From Candidatus Latescibacterota bacterium (GTDB lineage Bacteria; Latescibacterota; CBDEFO01): a DNA stretch of 64,000 nucleotides. The stretch is from NCBI GenBank assembly GCA_965248755.1, contig OZ252149.1, positions 3,360,001 to 3,424,000 on the forward strand, read 5' to 3'. Positions 1-9,732 of this stretch are shown piece by piece. Under the pieces are notes generated by a model, which did no database searches, had not been told where the DNA came from, and saw only the letters and a list, made by a program, of their open reading frames with translations. Position numbers and translations under genes: made by a program. Numbering within the stretch: the first letter of the stretch is position 1; each line of letters begins with the position of its first letter.

Positions 1-1632
1 AAGGACTGCCCTGGATAGCTGGGCGCCTCTTTTTGAGTGATCCTTGCCCTCTCCCTTGCCGATGTCATGGAAAAGGATGGCAAGGTAAAGCAATTCTATT
101 TTCCCTGTAATTTCGTAGAGCACCCTTGCTATTGTGTATGGTGAACCGTTACCTCTGATCCTTTCTATGTTCTCGATTGCGACAAGTGTATGTTCATCTG
201 CTGTGAAGACGTGATATGTGTCGTACTGGACCAGGCAATTTATCCGTCCAAATTCGGGGATATAGCTTTCAAGGACCCCAAGTTCGTGCATGGAAAAGAG
301 CGTAGATGCCACTCCGTAAGGGGCTTTCAATATCTTTAAAAACATGTCTCTATTTTGGGGTGATCTTCGAAAATCGTCGTCTACTAAATCGAGGTCTATT
401 TTTATCTGTCTGTAAGCAGTTTCGCTTATGCGGGCTCTATATCTTTGAGCGTGGAAGAAGATGCTCAAGAGCCTTGTGGGGTCTTCTTTGAAAAAACTGC
501 TTCTCCTTTTGGGCAGATATATCTCACCTCCGGAAAGGATGGTGCCATCCGCAAGGTCTTTCTTGGGGAATCTTAGGAGCTTGGAATTCTTGCCCCCAAG
601 TTTGTTGCAGAGCAGATCGGAGATATGCTTGGTATTCCTGGCTTGAAGGTAATAGTTGCGCATAAAATCTTCTACAGCTAGCCCTTCAGGACTGTCGCAA
701 TATCCCAGGGCTTTAGCTATCTGAGGTTGAAGTTCGTATCTGAGGACATCGGACTTGGCTCCTTCCAGAAAGTGGAGTTCATTGCGGACTTCAAGTAGAA
801 AGTCCAGAGCCCCTACATAAAGGTGATAGTCTCTTTTAGGGAGGAGTTTCGATGAAAGCAGACTTTCAAGGAAGAAAGAGCCTTTCCGGGCTTTCAGGAG
901 CCACTGGACAGTATGTATATCTCTAAGGCCGCCGGGACTCTCTTTGACGTTGGGTTCTAAGAGTTGGACCGAAAGACCCGTCCTTGCGTGGCGCTGGTTT
1001 TTCTCTGCTAACTTGGCTTTGATAAAGGCTCTGTCATTTAACTGCCCAACTATTGCGTCCTGAAATTCTCTGTAAAGGCTCGTATTGCCCGCAAGGTATC
1101 TGGATTCGAGCATTGCGGTCTTGGAGGTGATATCCCTTTTAGCCTGATGGACACATTCTTTTGGGGTCCTTACACTGTGTCCGATATCAAAACGGAGATC
1201 CCATAGGAGATAGAGGATACCTTTTACTATTTTCTCCGTCTTCTGGTCGTGGGACCTGATAATGAAGAGGATATCCACATCTGATTGAGGATTAAGAAGA
1301 CCCCTTCCGTACCCGCCGAGAGCCGCAACGGCACAGGGTGCTAAGTGTACTCCGTGCGAACCGTCTCCATGGCGATATCCCAGTATATCCTGAGTCATCT
1401 TTTCATAGGCCCTTTTGATCACGTTGTCCACCATCTGGCAGAGGGCGGAGGAGACGGATATCCCATGAGCGCTCGATCTGTGGAGATTGAGTATCCTCTG
1501 TCTTTGGGACTCAAGGAAGCTCTTGAAGACCTGGACTTCCTCTCTTTCAGAGGGTGTCTCTGATGCGGAACTCCCACTGCGGGTGGAGTTCCTGCTGCCA
1601 GAGGCCAAAGATGTCTCTCTATTGTTGGTCAT
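1..1632 (-). CDS. glnD: [Protein-PII] uridylyltransferase, runs off the left edge of the window
   Basis: Not in the ORF track (open-ended). Manual translation from ATG at 1632 gives AVAALGGYGRGLLNPQSDVDILF (NTase motif), LEPNVKESPGGLRDIH and an HD motif ILFHDIGKG near base 60-80. Confidence 0.93.
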   Translation of the reverse strand, partial: MTNNRETSLASGSRNSTRSGSSASETPSEREEVQVFKSFLESQRQRILNLHRSSAHGISVSSALCQMVDNVIKRAYEKMTQDILGYRHGDGSHGVHLAPCAVAALGGYGRGLLNPQSDVDILFIIRSHDQKTEKIVKGILYLLWDLRFDIGHSVRTPKECVHQAKRDITSKTAMLESRYLAGNTSLYREFQDAIVGQLNDRAFIKAKLAEKNQRHARTGLSVQLLEPNVKESPGGLRDIHTVQWLLKARKGSFFLESLLSSKLLPKRDYHLYVGALDFLLEVRNELHFLEGAKSDVLRYELQPQIAKALGYCDSPEGLAVEDFMRNYYLQARNTKHISDLLCNKLGGKNSKLLRFPKKDLADGTILSGGEIYLPKRRSSFFKEDPTRLLSIFFHAQRYRARISETAYRQIKIDLDLVDDDFRRSPQNRDMFLKILKAPYGVASTLFSMHELGVLESYIPEFGRINCLVQYDTYHVFTADEHTLVAIENIERIRGNGSPYTIARVLYEITGKIELLYLAILFHDIGKGEGKDHSKRGAQLSRAVL

Positions 1633-1671
1633 TTGGTCCTACTCTCGGTAATTTCCACAAAAGCCTTATGG

Positions 1672-2913
1672 CTACTCTATCGGAATGCCTTTGGGCACTA
1701 CTGTTATACCTTCCTCCGTTACAGTGAATCTCTTCCTATCTTCTTCGAGGCAATATCCGATCTGGCATCCTTGGGGTATTCTTACATCTTTGTCTATTAT
1801 GGCTCTTTTTATCCTGGCGCCCCTTCCGATGTCCACTCCTTCCAAAAGTATAGATTCAGAAACATGCGAGTAACTGTGTACTTTGACGCCGTGTGAAAGG
1901 ACAGACCTTTCAACTGTTCCTCCTGAGATTATGCAACCTCCTGAGATTATGGAATCAAGAGCAAGTCCCACTCGATTCTCCCCGTAGCTGGAGAAGACCG
2001 TCTTGGCGGGCGGATATTGCTCCTGGTAGGTCCTTATGGGCCAATCCTCATCGTAGAGATTAAAGAGCGGAGTAACCTCGACAAGGTCCATGTTAGCCTC
2101 CCAGTAGGCATCTATCTTCCCTATGTCCCTCCAGTATTTAGTCTCCTTTTTGTTCTCGTCTATAAACTTGTAGGCAAAGACGGTGGAAGTATCTATCATT
2201 GCGGGGAGTATGTCTCTGCCGAAGTCGTGCGTGGAATCAACTTTGGCATCCTCAATAACCGCTCTGGCAAGGACAGGAGTCTCAAAGACATAGATCCCCA
2301 TAGAGACGAGGGCATGTGTGGGTTTGCCCGGGATAGTTTTAGGATCTTCAGGTTTTTCCTGGAATCCTATTATTCTGGAGTCTTGATCTATCTGGATTAC
2401 GCCGAAATCTTTAGTCTTATGGGTCTCAAACTCCACTGCACCGACCGTAAGATCCGCACCTTTTTCCTCGTGAAATTCGAGCATGTGGCTGTAGTCCATC
2501 TTGTAGATGTGGTCTCCTGCAAGGATGAGGACCCTTTCGGGACGTTCCTGTTCGAGCGTGTAAATATTTTGATAAATGGCGTCGGCGGTTCCTCTGTACC
2601 AGCTTTGGGTAGTTCTCTGCTGGGGTGGAATAGTGTAGATAAATTCCCCGAGTTCGTCGTTGAAGATGTTCCATCCCAGTCTCAAATGCTTTTGAAGCGA
2701 GAAAGATTTGTACTGAGTGAGGACATAGATTCTTCTCATATTGGAGTTGACACAGTTTGAGAGCGTAAAATCGATGATTCTGTAGATTCCACCAAAGGGC
2801 ACGGCTGGCTTTGCCCTATCTCTTGTCAAAGGGTGGAGTCTTTCGCCCTGTCCTCCGGACAGCACTATAACCAGCGTATTTCTCAGAAGGGCGCGCAGAT
2901 CTTTTCCGGGCAT
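1672..2913 (-). CDS. glgC: Glucose-1-phosphate adenylyltransferase
   Basis: GGQGERLHPLTRDRAKPAVPFGG, WYRGTADAIYQN, GDHIYKMDY, FQEKP, YWRDIG motifs and C-terminal beta-helix. Confidence 0.97.
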   Translation of the reverse strand: MPGKDLRALLRNTLVIVLSGGQGERLHPLTRDRAKPAVPFGGIYRIIDFTLSNCVNSNMRRIYVLTQYKSFSLQKHLRLGWNIFNDELGEFIYTIPPQQRTTQSWYRGTADAIYQNIYTLEQERPERVLILAGDHIYKMDYSHMLEFHEEKGADLTVGAVEFETHKTKDFGVIQIDQDSRIIGFQEKPEDPKTIPGKPTHALVSMGIYVFETPVLARAVIEDAKVDSTHDFGRDILPAMIDTSTVFAYKFIDENKKETKYWRDIGKIDAYWEANMDLVEVTPLFNLYDEDWPIRTYQEQYPPAKTVFSSYGENRVGLALDSIISGGCIISGGTVERSVLSHGVKVHSYSHVSESILLEGVDIGRGARIKRAIIDKDVRIPQGCQIGYCLEEDRKRFTVTEEGITVVPKGIPIE

Positions 2914-2944
2914 TTAGGTAATTCCTTATTTTGAAACATAGAGG

Positions 2945-3694
2945 CTATCTCAGACGGTTCACCTCATCGACCTAATGGATGAAGACGTCCTTGACCTTAT
3001 ATTTCCGGGACCTTATATTTCCGGCCGGATTGGGCGATATAGAAGTCCAGATCGTACTCTATGGCCTTTTTCCCCCGACCATATCAGCAGAGGTGAGATA
3101 TGAACCCTCCTGAAGTTTATACACGCCTTCGTGGACATAAGCTCCTTCGTGGACATAATCTGTTGCCAAGTTTCAAGGGCGGTTCTCCCGAGAATCATAT
3201 ACGAGGAATTTGCCGCCCTTCATGGCAGTTTCCTGCGTTACAGAGTTTTGGATAGCAGTCTTGACATCTGAGGCTGAGTCGCCGGGATCGTCCGCTTCTT
3301 CTTCGCCTCGTATCCGAACTTTGGCTTTGACCTAGCGCAGAACGACCTCATCAACCTCCAAAACATCTTCTCCTTTACGGACGAAGAAGTCGAGGTCGAA
3401 AGTGTTATTCTGTGAGTCGGAAAAGTCAGCGCAGGCAAAGTACGATCTGTCCTTGACTCGGTGCACGCCTTTGTGGATTTCCAGGAACTCCAACTTGCGG
3501 GCCAGCTCAGAGCGCAAGTCCCGTATGGCGTAGTGCTCTTTGTCTTTGATCTTACTCCACATATAGTCCTGAATAGATCGGCGTAAGTCTGATGGGGTAT
3601 TTTCAACCTCAGCAGGTGCAGGGGAGGAGACAAAGCTCCACACGAGGGCCGTTGTAACCAGAAAGACAAAGACACGAGACGAGCTATTTTTCAT
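2945..3694 (-). pseudogene. Secreted two-repeat protein whose second repeat is disrupted; the first 120 aa remain an open ORF
   Basis: Signal peptide plus domain (…YFACADF…FDLDFFV…). Reading past TAG at 3332-3334 gives a second homologous domain (DVKTAIQ…YLTSADM…YDLDFYI…KDVFIH) interrupted by TGA at 3173-3175, a frameshift near 3070, a 16-bp tandem duplication at 2993-3024 and TAG at 2972-2974. Confidence 0.75.
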
Positions 3695-4065
3695 CTACCC
3701 CCCCTCTTCTCGGCTTTTGCAAGCGATTTCTTGATCTCTTCCTTAAGTTCGGTCAGGTCTGAGGATTTGACGGCGTAGGCGTCGGCCGACCAGCTCATAA
3801 AATTGTCTTTGTGGCTGGCATAGGCCGTATTCAGTATGACCGGTATTTTGCTATCCCTCCCGAGTATCCTCTCCAGCACCTCTAGCCCGTCCATTCCGGG
3901 CATCGCTATGTCCAGGACAACAAGATCGGGCCGGATTTGCTGAACCTTATCGAGGGCTTCCTGTCCGTCTGATGCCAGAATCACGTTGTAGCCGTCATCT
4001 GTGAGCTCCTGCTCGTAGAGGAGTCTCTGGTTCAAGTCGTCATCCACCAGTAATATAGTCTTCAC
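3691..4065 (-). CDS. Single-domain response regulator (REC)
   Basis: ILLVDDD…DLVVLDIAMPGMDG…IPVILNTA…K receiver signature. Confidence 0.95.
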   Translation of the reverse strand: MKTILLVDDDLNQRLLYEQELTDDGYNVILASDGQEALDKVQQIRPDLVVLDIAMPGMDGLEVLERILGRDSKIPVILNTAYASHKDNFMSWSADAYAVKSSDLTELKEEIKKSLAKAEKRGGR

Positions 4066-4067
4066 CC

Positions 4068-7000
4068 TTAATCACTCCCTTCGAGTTGATCCCCGAAAGA
4101 ATCAATCGGGGACGGATCCTGGGGTTCGGTGTTGACTGCGGGGAGACAGAGAGTCAGGGTCATCCCGTTTCCCTCTGTGCTCTGAACGTCTATCTTTCCC
4201 CCGTGATCGTCTATTATCTTCTGGCAGACGGCAAGACCGAGTCCAGTTCCATAGGTCTTGGTAGTAAAAAAGGGACTGAAGATGTCTCCTATATCACCAT
4301 CGGGTATTCCAGGACCGCTATCTGTTATCTCGATCTTCACGTATGGGTTATCCTGGCTAGCTTTTATTTCTATCCTTCCCCCTTTGGGCATGGCTTCCAA
4401 GGAGTTCTGCACAGCGTTTAAAATCACCTGTTTGATCTGTCCGGCGTCAGCTAACATCCGGGGTACATCGGGTTGGTATTGAACGGAAAAGTCGATAGAA
4501 TTATCTTTAAGTCGGTGTTCGAGAATAGGAAACAGTTCTTCTATTATCGAGTTTATATCTTCTACCTCCTTTTCAGGCTCTGTGGGCCTTACAAAGTCAA
4601 GGGTCTCTGAGATTACCCTTTCGAGCCTTTTCACTTCGTCCGCGATGATCCCGGCGTTTCTTTCTGTGCGTTCTGATGTGGGGTCCTTGACAATAGACCG
4701 GGCGAATCCGCCGATAGTGGAAAGAGGGTTTCTGATCTCGTGGGCGATTCGGGCGGAGATCTCCCCGATCTCTGCGAGCCTCTCGGAGCGAAGGATCCGA
4801 TCGTGAGCCTCCTCAAGCTTTTCTTGGGCCCCTTCAAGTTCTTCGATCTTCTCCTCAATCTCCCTGTAAATCTCGGCATTTTCTATAGCGAGGCACGCCT
4901 GGTTTGCAAAGATAGTTAGAAGTTCCACGCTAAGATCGTCTATAGGTCGTCCGCTGTAGAGGTTGTCGGCGATTATAGCTCCTATGGCTATATCCTTACA
5001 GATCAAAGGAACACATATGAACTCAGGGGTGTTGAGAGCGTTTAAAAGTTGAGGATCTACTAAAGGGTTATCAAACGCATCAGTGATTTTGAAGGGAGCC
5101 TTTTCGAATATAGAAAGGGCAGGGACAGTGCGGGCATTTGAAAGGGGAAACCTGAGCCCTTGGGAGATCCTATAAAGGGGAATTTCTTCTTTTTTGTCTT
5201 TTATGCGGTCATATTCGGAAAGGTGATCCTCGAGCTTTAGGTCCTGTTGCGCCATTTCGTGCCATATTCTGTATGCATCTTCGCGGCTTGAAGGACCCAC
5301 TCCCATTTTGCCTTCGAGCATATGTTTTTCCTCGTTTACAAGGAAGAGAAAAGCCCGGTTGAATCCGAGGGCGTGTCCGGCTGTGACGTAGGTGAGTATA
5401 GCATAGAGGAGGCGGTCCAGGTCGAAGATCGTCTGCATCATTTCACCTGTCTGACGAAGCATAGAAAATTCATAAGCTTTTTCTACTGTGTCAGTTACGT
5501 CCTCAATAACCACCAAAGCTTTCCCCATTCCTCCGTCTTTTGCACTGGTTATCGAGACATTGAAGACTCCTTCTGGAGGCGTGGGGCGTACGACCCTGAA
5601 GTTGGTGAGGTTGAAAGGTCCTTCTCCTGCTGCCGCCCGCTGTATAAGACTCTCGATGTCGGGTCGCAGGAGGAGCGATTCGGGGACAGTCTGGCGCAGG
5701 TTCTTATCCTCTATGTCTTCTCTTCGGAGATCTCTCCTCTGGCAGTAGGCATTGTTGGCAAGTATTATGTTGAGATCTTTGTCAAGAAGGAGGATAGCAG
5801 ACGGCATCGTGGCTATCAGGCTTTCATTGAACTGATTGAGACGGATGCTCTCTTTGTAAAGACGGCTGTTTTCTGCAGCTCTTGCTATCTGGTTGGAGAT
5901 GGTATGGAGGGAGGCCACGTCTATCCCGTCAAAGGAATTAAGGACAGCACTTTGCACGTCTATTACTCCTACTACGTTTCCAGATATTTTTATAGGGACA
6001 CAAAGTTCGGACTTTGTCTTTGCCTCTTCAGGAAAGACAAATATATGTCTGGGCTCTGTTGTCACATCGTTAGCCAAAAGGTGTTCCCCTGTTCGGGCGA
6101 CGTAGCCTATTATGCCCTCATTGATACTCTGACGGTATCTCTCTGGGATTTCGAGTCCATCAGCGCTGGCGTGGGCTTTAAGGACGAGTTCTTCGGAAGG
6201 AGGACTGTCCAGGAAGAATATATAGACATCGTAGTATTCAAAGCTCTTTTGTATGGCTTCGGCGACCTCGCTGAGCATCCTGTCCTGATCGAGTGAGGAC
6301 ATGGCTATTTTGCCGACCTCGTTGACCGTAGAAAGCTGAGTCGATCTCTTCTCAGTAGATTCTACTGATTCTCTCAGTTCCTCCTCCTCCTTTTTGCGCT
6401 CGGTGATGTCTCTGATCGCTGAGCAAATCATCTTACGATTTTTCAGCATAAAAGAGCCAACAGATATCTCTACAGGAAATATTGTTCCATCCTTTTTCCT
6501 GTGATAACGAAGAGGGATTCTGCTGAGCTTTCCAGCGATTGTTTCATCGATGGAAACATCTGTCTTCCCCGGCTCTGCAGAAATGTCTGTGACCTTTAAG
6601 CTCAGGAATTCTTCTCTGCTGTACCCATAGACACTCAAGGTGGAATCATTGATATCCACAAACTGTTTCGTATCTGCATCAAAGATCATAATCGCATCTG
6701 ATTCAGTGGAGAAAAGTTGGCGGTACTTTTCCTCACTCTCCTGTAGTTTCTCCTGTGCCCTCTTGCGCTCAGTGATGTCTTCGTGCACTGAGATCCAGAC
6801 CTCTCCGTATAGAGGATGATCAAATGTCGATACATTGGCATGGCACCAGAATTTGGTCCCATCCTTTTTGATGTTATGAACCTCCCCACTCCAAGTCCCA
6901 TATTCTTGCAGACTTTTTATGATTTCGTTTGCTATTTCTTCGGGACTCTTTTTGCCTGGAGCGTTCACTGTACTGACAGGCTTTCCAATTAATTCTCCTG

Positions 7001-7664
7001 TATCATAGCCAAACATTTGCTCAAATTTAGGGTTCGTATAGACAATAACGCCGTCTTTTGTTCGAATAAGGTAAATACCTTCTTCCACATTTTCAATGAT
7101 TTTACTATGAAGAAGCAACTCTTGCTCCACTCTTTTGCGCTTTGTGATATCATGAAAGACCGCCACACCGCCTTTCAGATCCCCTTTTTCATCTTTTAAC
7201 GGTCTTGCGGTAACATGGACGAAGATACCCGCCGGCACTCTCGGATTACGCAGAAAGAGTTCTACTTGGTCTACCTCCTGCCCGCGCATTGCTTGCACAA
7301 TAGGTTGCTCATCCGCCGGCAAAGGCGTCACGGTGTCGGGAAGAAACGCGCCGTATTTTTCAGGCCACTCATCAGGACTCGTGTGCGTCTCGCCGATACC
7401 AGTTATGTGCTCCGCAACCGGATTGAAAACTATAAACTTCCCGTCCTCGTCGATTACCACCACGCCCTCGCCCATACTATCAAGGATGGATTGTAAGACT
7501 CTGGTTTGATTCTGCATGGCTTCTGCTGTCTGTTTCAGCTCTTCCTCAGACTGTTCTCTCACGGCTTCTGATGCTTCTAATTCAGCAATACGTCGGCGCA
7601 TCTCCACCAATTCATCTATGAGTTGCTCTTTTGTCTTAGCTTCATCTTTCATAACGATATCCAT
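4068..7664 (-). CDS. Cytoplasmic multi-PAS/GAF sensor histidine kinase
   Basis: Several PAS/PAC modules (DITKRK, DITERK), two GAF domains, HisKA AHEIRNPL, HATPase N/G1/F/G2 boxes (DSGPGI, FFTTK, GTGLGL). Confidence 0.95.
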   Translation of the reverse strand: MDIVMKDEAKTKEQLIDELVEMRRRIAELEASEAVREQSEEELKQTAEAMQNQTRVLQSILDSMGEGVVVIDEDGKFIVFNPVAEHITGIGETHTSPDEWPEKYGAFLPDTVTPLPADEQPIVQAMRGQEVDQVELFLRNPRVPAGIFVHVTARPLKDEKGDLKGGVAVFHDITKRKRVEQELLLHSKIIENVEEGIYLIRTKDGVIVYTNPKFEQMFGYDTGELIGKPVSTVNAPGKKSPEEIANEIIKSLQEYGTWSGEVHNIKKDGTKFWCHANVSTFDHPLYGEVWISVHEDITERKRAQEKLQESEEKYRQLFSTESDAIMIFDADTKQFVDINDSTLSVYGYSREEFLSLKVTDISAEPGKTDVSIDETIAGKLSRIPLRYHRKKDGTIFPVEISVGSFMLKNRKMICSAIRDITERKKEEEELRESVESTEKRSTQLSTVNEVGKIAMSSLDQDRMLSEVAEAIQKSFEYYDVYIFFLDSPPSEELVLKAHASADGLEIPERYRQSINEGIIGYVARTGEHLLANDVTTEPRHIFVFPEEAKTKSELCVPIKISGNVVGVIDVQSAVLNSFDGIDVASLHTISNQIARAAENSRLYKESIRLNQFNESLIATMPSAILLLDKDLNIILANNAYCQRRDLRREDIEDKNLRQTVPESLLLRPDIESLIQRAAAGEGPFNLTNFRVVRPTPPEGVFNVSITSAKDGGMGKALVVIEDVTDTVEKAYEFSMLRQTGEMMQTIFDLDRLLYAILTYVTAGHALGFNRAFLFLVNEEKHMLEGKMGVGPSSREDAYRIWHEMAQQDLKLEDHLSEYDRIKDKKEEIPLYRISQGLRFPLSNARTVPALSIFEKAPFKITDAFDNPLVDPQLLNALNTPEFICVPLICKDIAIGAIIADNLYSGRPIDDLSVELLTIFANQACLAIENAEIYREIEEKIEELEGAQEKLEEAHDRILRSERLAEIGEISARIAHEIRNPLSTIGGFARSIVKDPTSERTERNAGIIADEVKRLERVISETLDFVRPTEPEKEVEDINSIIEELFPILEHRLKDNSIDFSVQYQPDVPRMLADAGQIKQVILNAVQNSLEAMPKGGRIEIKASQDNPYVKIEITDSGPGIPDGDIGDIFSPFFTTKTYGTGLGLAVCQKIIDDHGGKIDVQSTEGNGMTLTLCLPAVNTEPQDPSPIDSFGDQLEGSD

Positions 7665-7877
7665 ATAGATAGGCAGCTTTTGGTATCGTTCACAATCGGA
7701 AAGCGACAGATGGCAGGTTTCATGTCTGTTTAGTGATAATACTTTTATATCACACTAATGCCCTAACGGCTTAATTTACATATAATATAAAAAATACTTC
7801 AACTATATGCAAGAGTGTTTTTGCCTCTTTGGGAAGGACAAAAACACTGGGGGTGAAGAATTGGATGGAGAAAATAA

Positions 7878-7908
7878 GAGGCGTCGACCGCCGGGAGGTC
7901 GACGCCTC
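7878..7908 (-). terminator. Intrinsic terminator-like hairpin
   Basis: GAGGCGTCGACC…GGTCGACGCCTC 12-bp stem followed on the minus strand by TTATTTT. Confidence 0.6.
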
Positions 7909-8050
7909 AGCCCTGAATGAAGAGCGTCAACGCTCTCTCTTCGGGAATAGGTCTGAAACTCAATACTAGCCCGAATAATTCACAGAAAAAGGCCGTGTAT
8001 TAATTAAGGGATTGTATTATATTATAGTTATGCCTTTTACCACCTTCGGT

Positions 8051-8171
8051 GTCCTTGCGAGCCGAAGGCGAAGCAATCTCGATTCTGTGGTAGATGTAAC
8101 ACTCTCCGGCTCTCATAGGAGACCACTATAAAACCTTGAGATTGCTTCGTCGCTTTGCTCCTCGTAATGTC
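8051..8171. repeat. Inverted pair of GTCATTGCGAG…GAAGCAATCTC REP-like elements
   Basis: gtccttgcgagccgaaggcgaagcaatctc (8051-8080) faces gagattgcttcgtcgctttgctcctcgtaatgtc (8138-8171). Related copies at ~19815-19900, 36022-36048, 42833-42911 and 43612-43730. Confidence 0.75.
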
Positions 8172-8197
8172 TCCACCATGTTTATGAATTAAACGGG

Positions 8198-8848
8198 CTA
8201 GTTAGTCGAGTATATAACAATTCTGGGCTCGTTCAAGATACATGGAATTTCATCACCTAACTCTTCTAATTCCTGCTGAATTTTGAGGCGGCTCCTGTTG
8301 ACGCGCGATTTGATTGTTCCGACAGGAGAGTCTGTGATTCTGGCTATTTCGTCGTAGGACCGTCCCTCTATATCGCGCATTATGATAGCCTCGCGATATC
8401 TGGGAGGTAGAGAATCTATGGCCGTGCGGATCATCGAGTGCATGATTTTGGATTCTGTTGTGTGATCTGGCCGATGCGATTCGTCTATCGCTTCGACTAT
8501 GACATCAGTATCTTCATGTGTGGAACTGTCTATAGATATAAACCTCCACCTCTTTCTGTATCTTAACTGGCTTTTTGCAAGGTTAGCGGCTATAGTAAAT
8601 ATCCACGTTGAGAAATTATTTAGAGTCCGCGCCCGATCGCTGTTGGTAAAGACTCTAAGAAAGGTCTCCTGGACTATATCTTCGGCCGTCCGTTGATCCC
8701 CCACAAACCTGAGCACAAAGTTGAAGAGCTTATCGCTGTATCTCTCTACGATAACACTGAACGAATCTTCATCTCCGTTGGATGCTTCGATCAAAAGGTC
8801 CGTATCTTTGATAAGAGGAGTTACCATAGCGTGTATTCTCTTTGCCAT
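8198..8848 (-). CDS. ECF (sigma-70 group 4) RNA polymerase sigma factor
   Basis: Region 2 (AEDIVQETFLRV…FSTWIFTIAANL) and region 4 (LPPRYREAIIMRDIEGRSYDEIA…GTIKSRVNR). Confidence 0.95.
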   Translation of the reverse strand: MAKRIHAMVTPLIKDTDLLIEASNGDEDSFSVIVERYSDKLFNFVLRFVGDQRTAEDIVQETFLRVFTNSDRARTLNNFSTWIFTIAANLAKSQLRYRKRWRFISIDSSTHEDTDVIVEAIDESHRPDHTTESKIMHSMIRTAIDSLPPRYREAIIMRDIEGRSYDEIARITDSPVGTIKSRVNRSRLKIQQELEELGDEIPCILNEPRIVIYSTN

Positions 8849-9065
8849 TTATGGATGTTTCAGGATGTCTTAGAAGCTGTCAACTACCCCTTGTTATCTT
8901 ATTATGAGGGATATCAGGGGTAGCGTGATCAGATAGAGCCTTCAGTTTGGACCAGGCTAGGGGGGAGATAGCAGCGGTCCTACTTATGGGCTATGAATTC
9001 TAAACGTAATCGGCTATTCTCCTGATATACCCTCACACTTATATATCAAGTATATATCAAGCAAC

Positions 9066-9080
9066 GCAACTTGTGTGCCA
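9066..9080 (-). promoter_or_regulatory. Sigma-54 (-24/-12) promoter upstream of the ECF sigma gene
   Basis: Minus strand reads TGGCACACAAGTTGC, matching TGGCAC-N5-TTGC, ~220 bp upstream of the ATG at 8848. Confidence 0.7.
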
Positions 9081-9502
9081 AAAACAGAAAGCTTTTTCAG
9101 CCCCCTTGTGAAGCGGTAAAGAAAGAGACTATTTCTTGAGTAAAGTGTTGAGATTTGTGTAATCGTGATTCTGGTAGAGGTAAAGAATACTAACATTGCC
9201 ATTGTAAAATGCAATCGGGGCGACATCTCAATCTGAAATAGACTATAAGAGATTGTTCAATTGTGTAATGAGTGAAGTACAGAGATCATACCTGTGGCCA
9301 TAGGGAGATGTATTTTGCATCTTTTCCGTTTATCTCCTAAAAAGAAGCAAAGAGTCACATCCTTACACTCTTTTGTCATATAATTATGATATGCACTTGA
9401 TTTTAATCTACTTAATTGACATAATCTGTAGGCAATCGCGAGTGCGAACAGAACATAAGGTATCGCTAAGAGCTTAAAAGGTATTGCAAATTATCAAAAA
9501 AG

Positions 9503-9533
9503 TGTTGACAAAGGGTCAACATTGTCATATATT
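9503..9533 (+). promoter_or_regulatory. Sigma-70 promoter P1 of the giant surface-protein gene with an overlapping palindrome
   Basis: TTGACA (9505-9510), 17 bp, TATATT (9528-9533), preceded by an A-tract; inverted repeat TGTTGAC-N5-GTCAACA at 9503-9521. Confidence 0.7.
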
Positions 9534-9703
9534 GTACCATTAACGATCTTGTGTGTACCATGTAGAAAGCACATATTAAGCACAGTAGGGCATATGCTCT
9601 TTGGTGTGGATTTGTACAATCTATGTTCCTGCTTCGTCAGGAACTTAAAGTGAACATTAGAGCATAGTTGCCTTGAAATTGTTGCAGAAAACTAAAAAAA
9701 AGC

Positions 9704-9732
9704 TTGACAGTTTAGAATTATTACCATATACT
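9704..9732 (+). promoter_or_regulatory. Sigma-70 promoter P2 of the giant surface-protein gene
   Basis: TTGACA (9704-9709), 17 bp, TATACT (9727-9732), preceded by an A8 tract. Confidence 0.7.

Noticed and set aside
5322..6296. 324-aa plus-strand ORF (also 2017-2760 and 55654-56349)
   Set aside because: Antisense shadows of well-supported genes.
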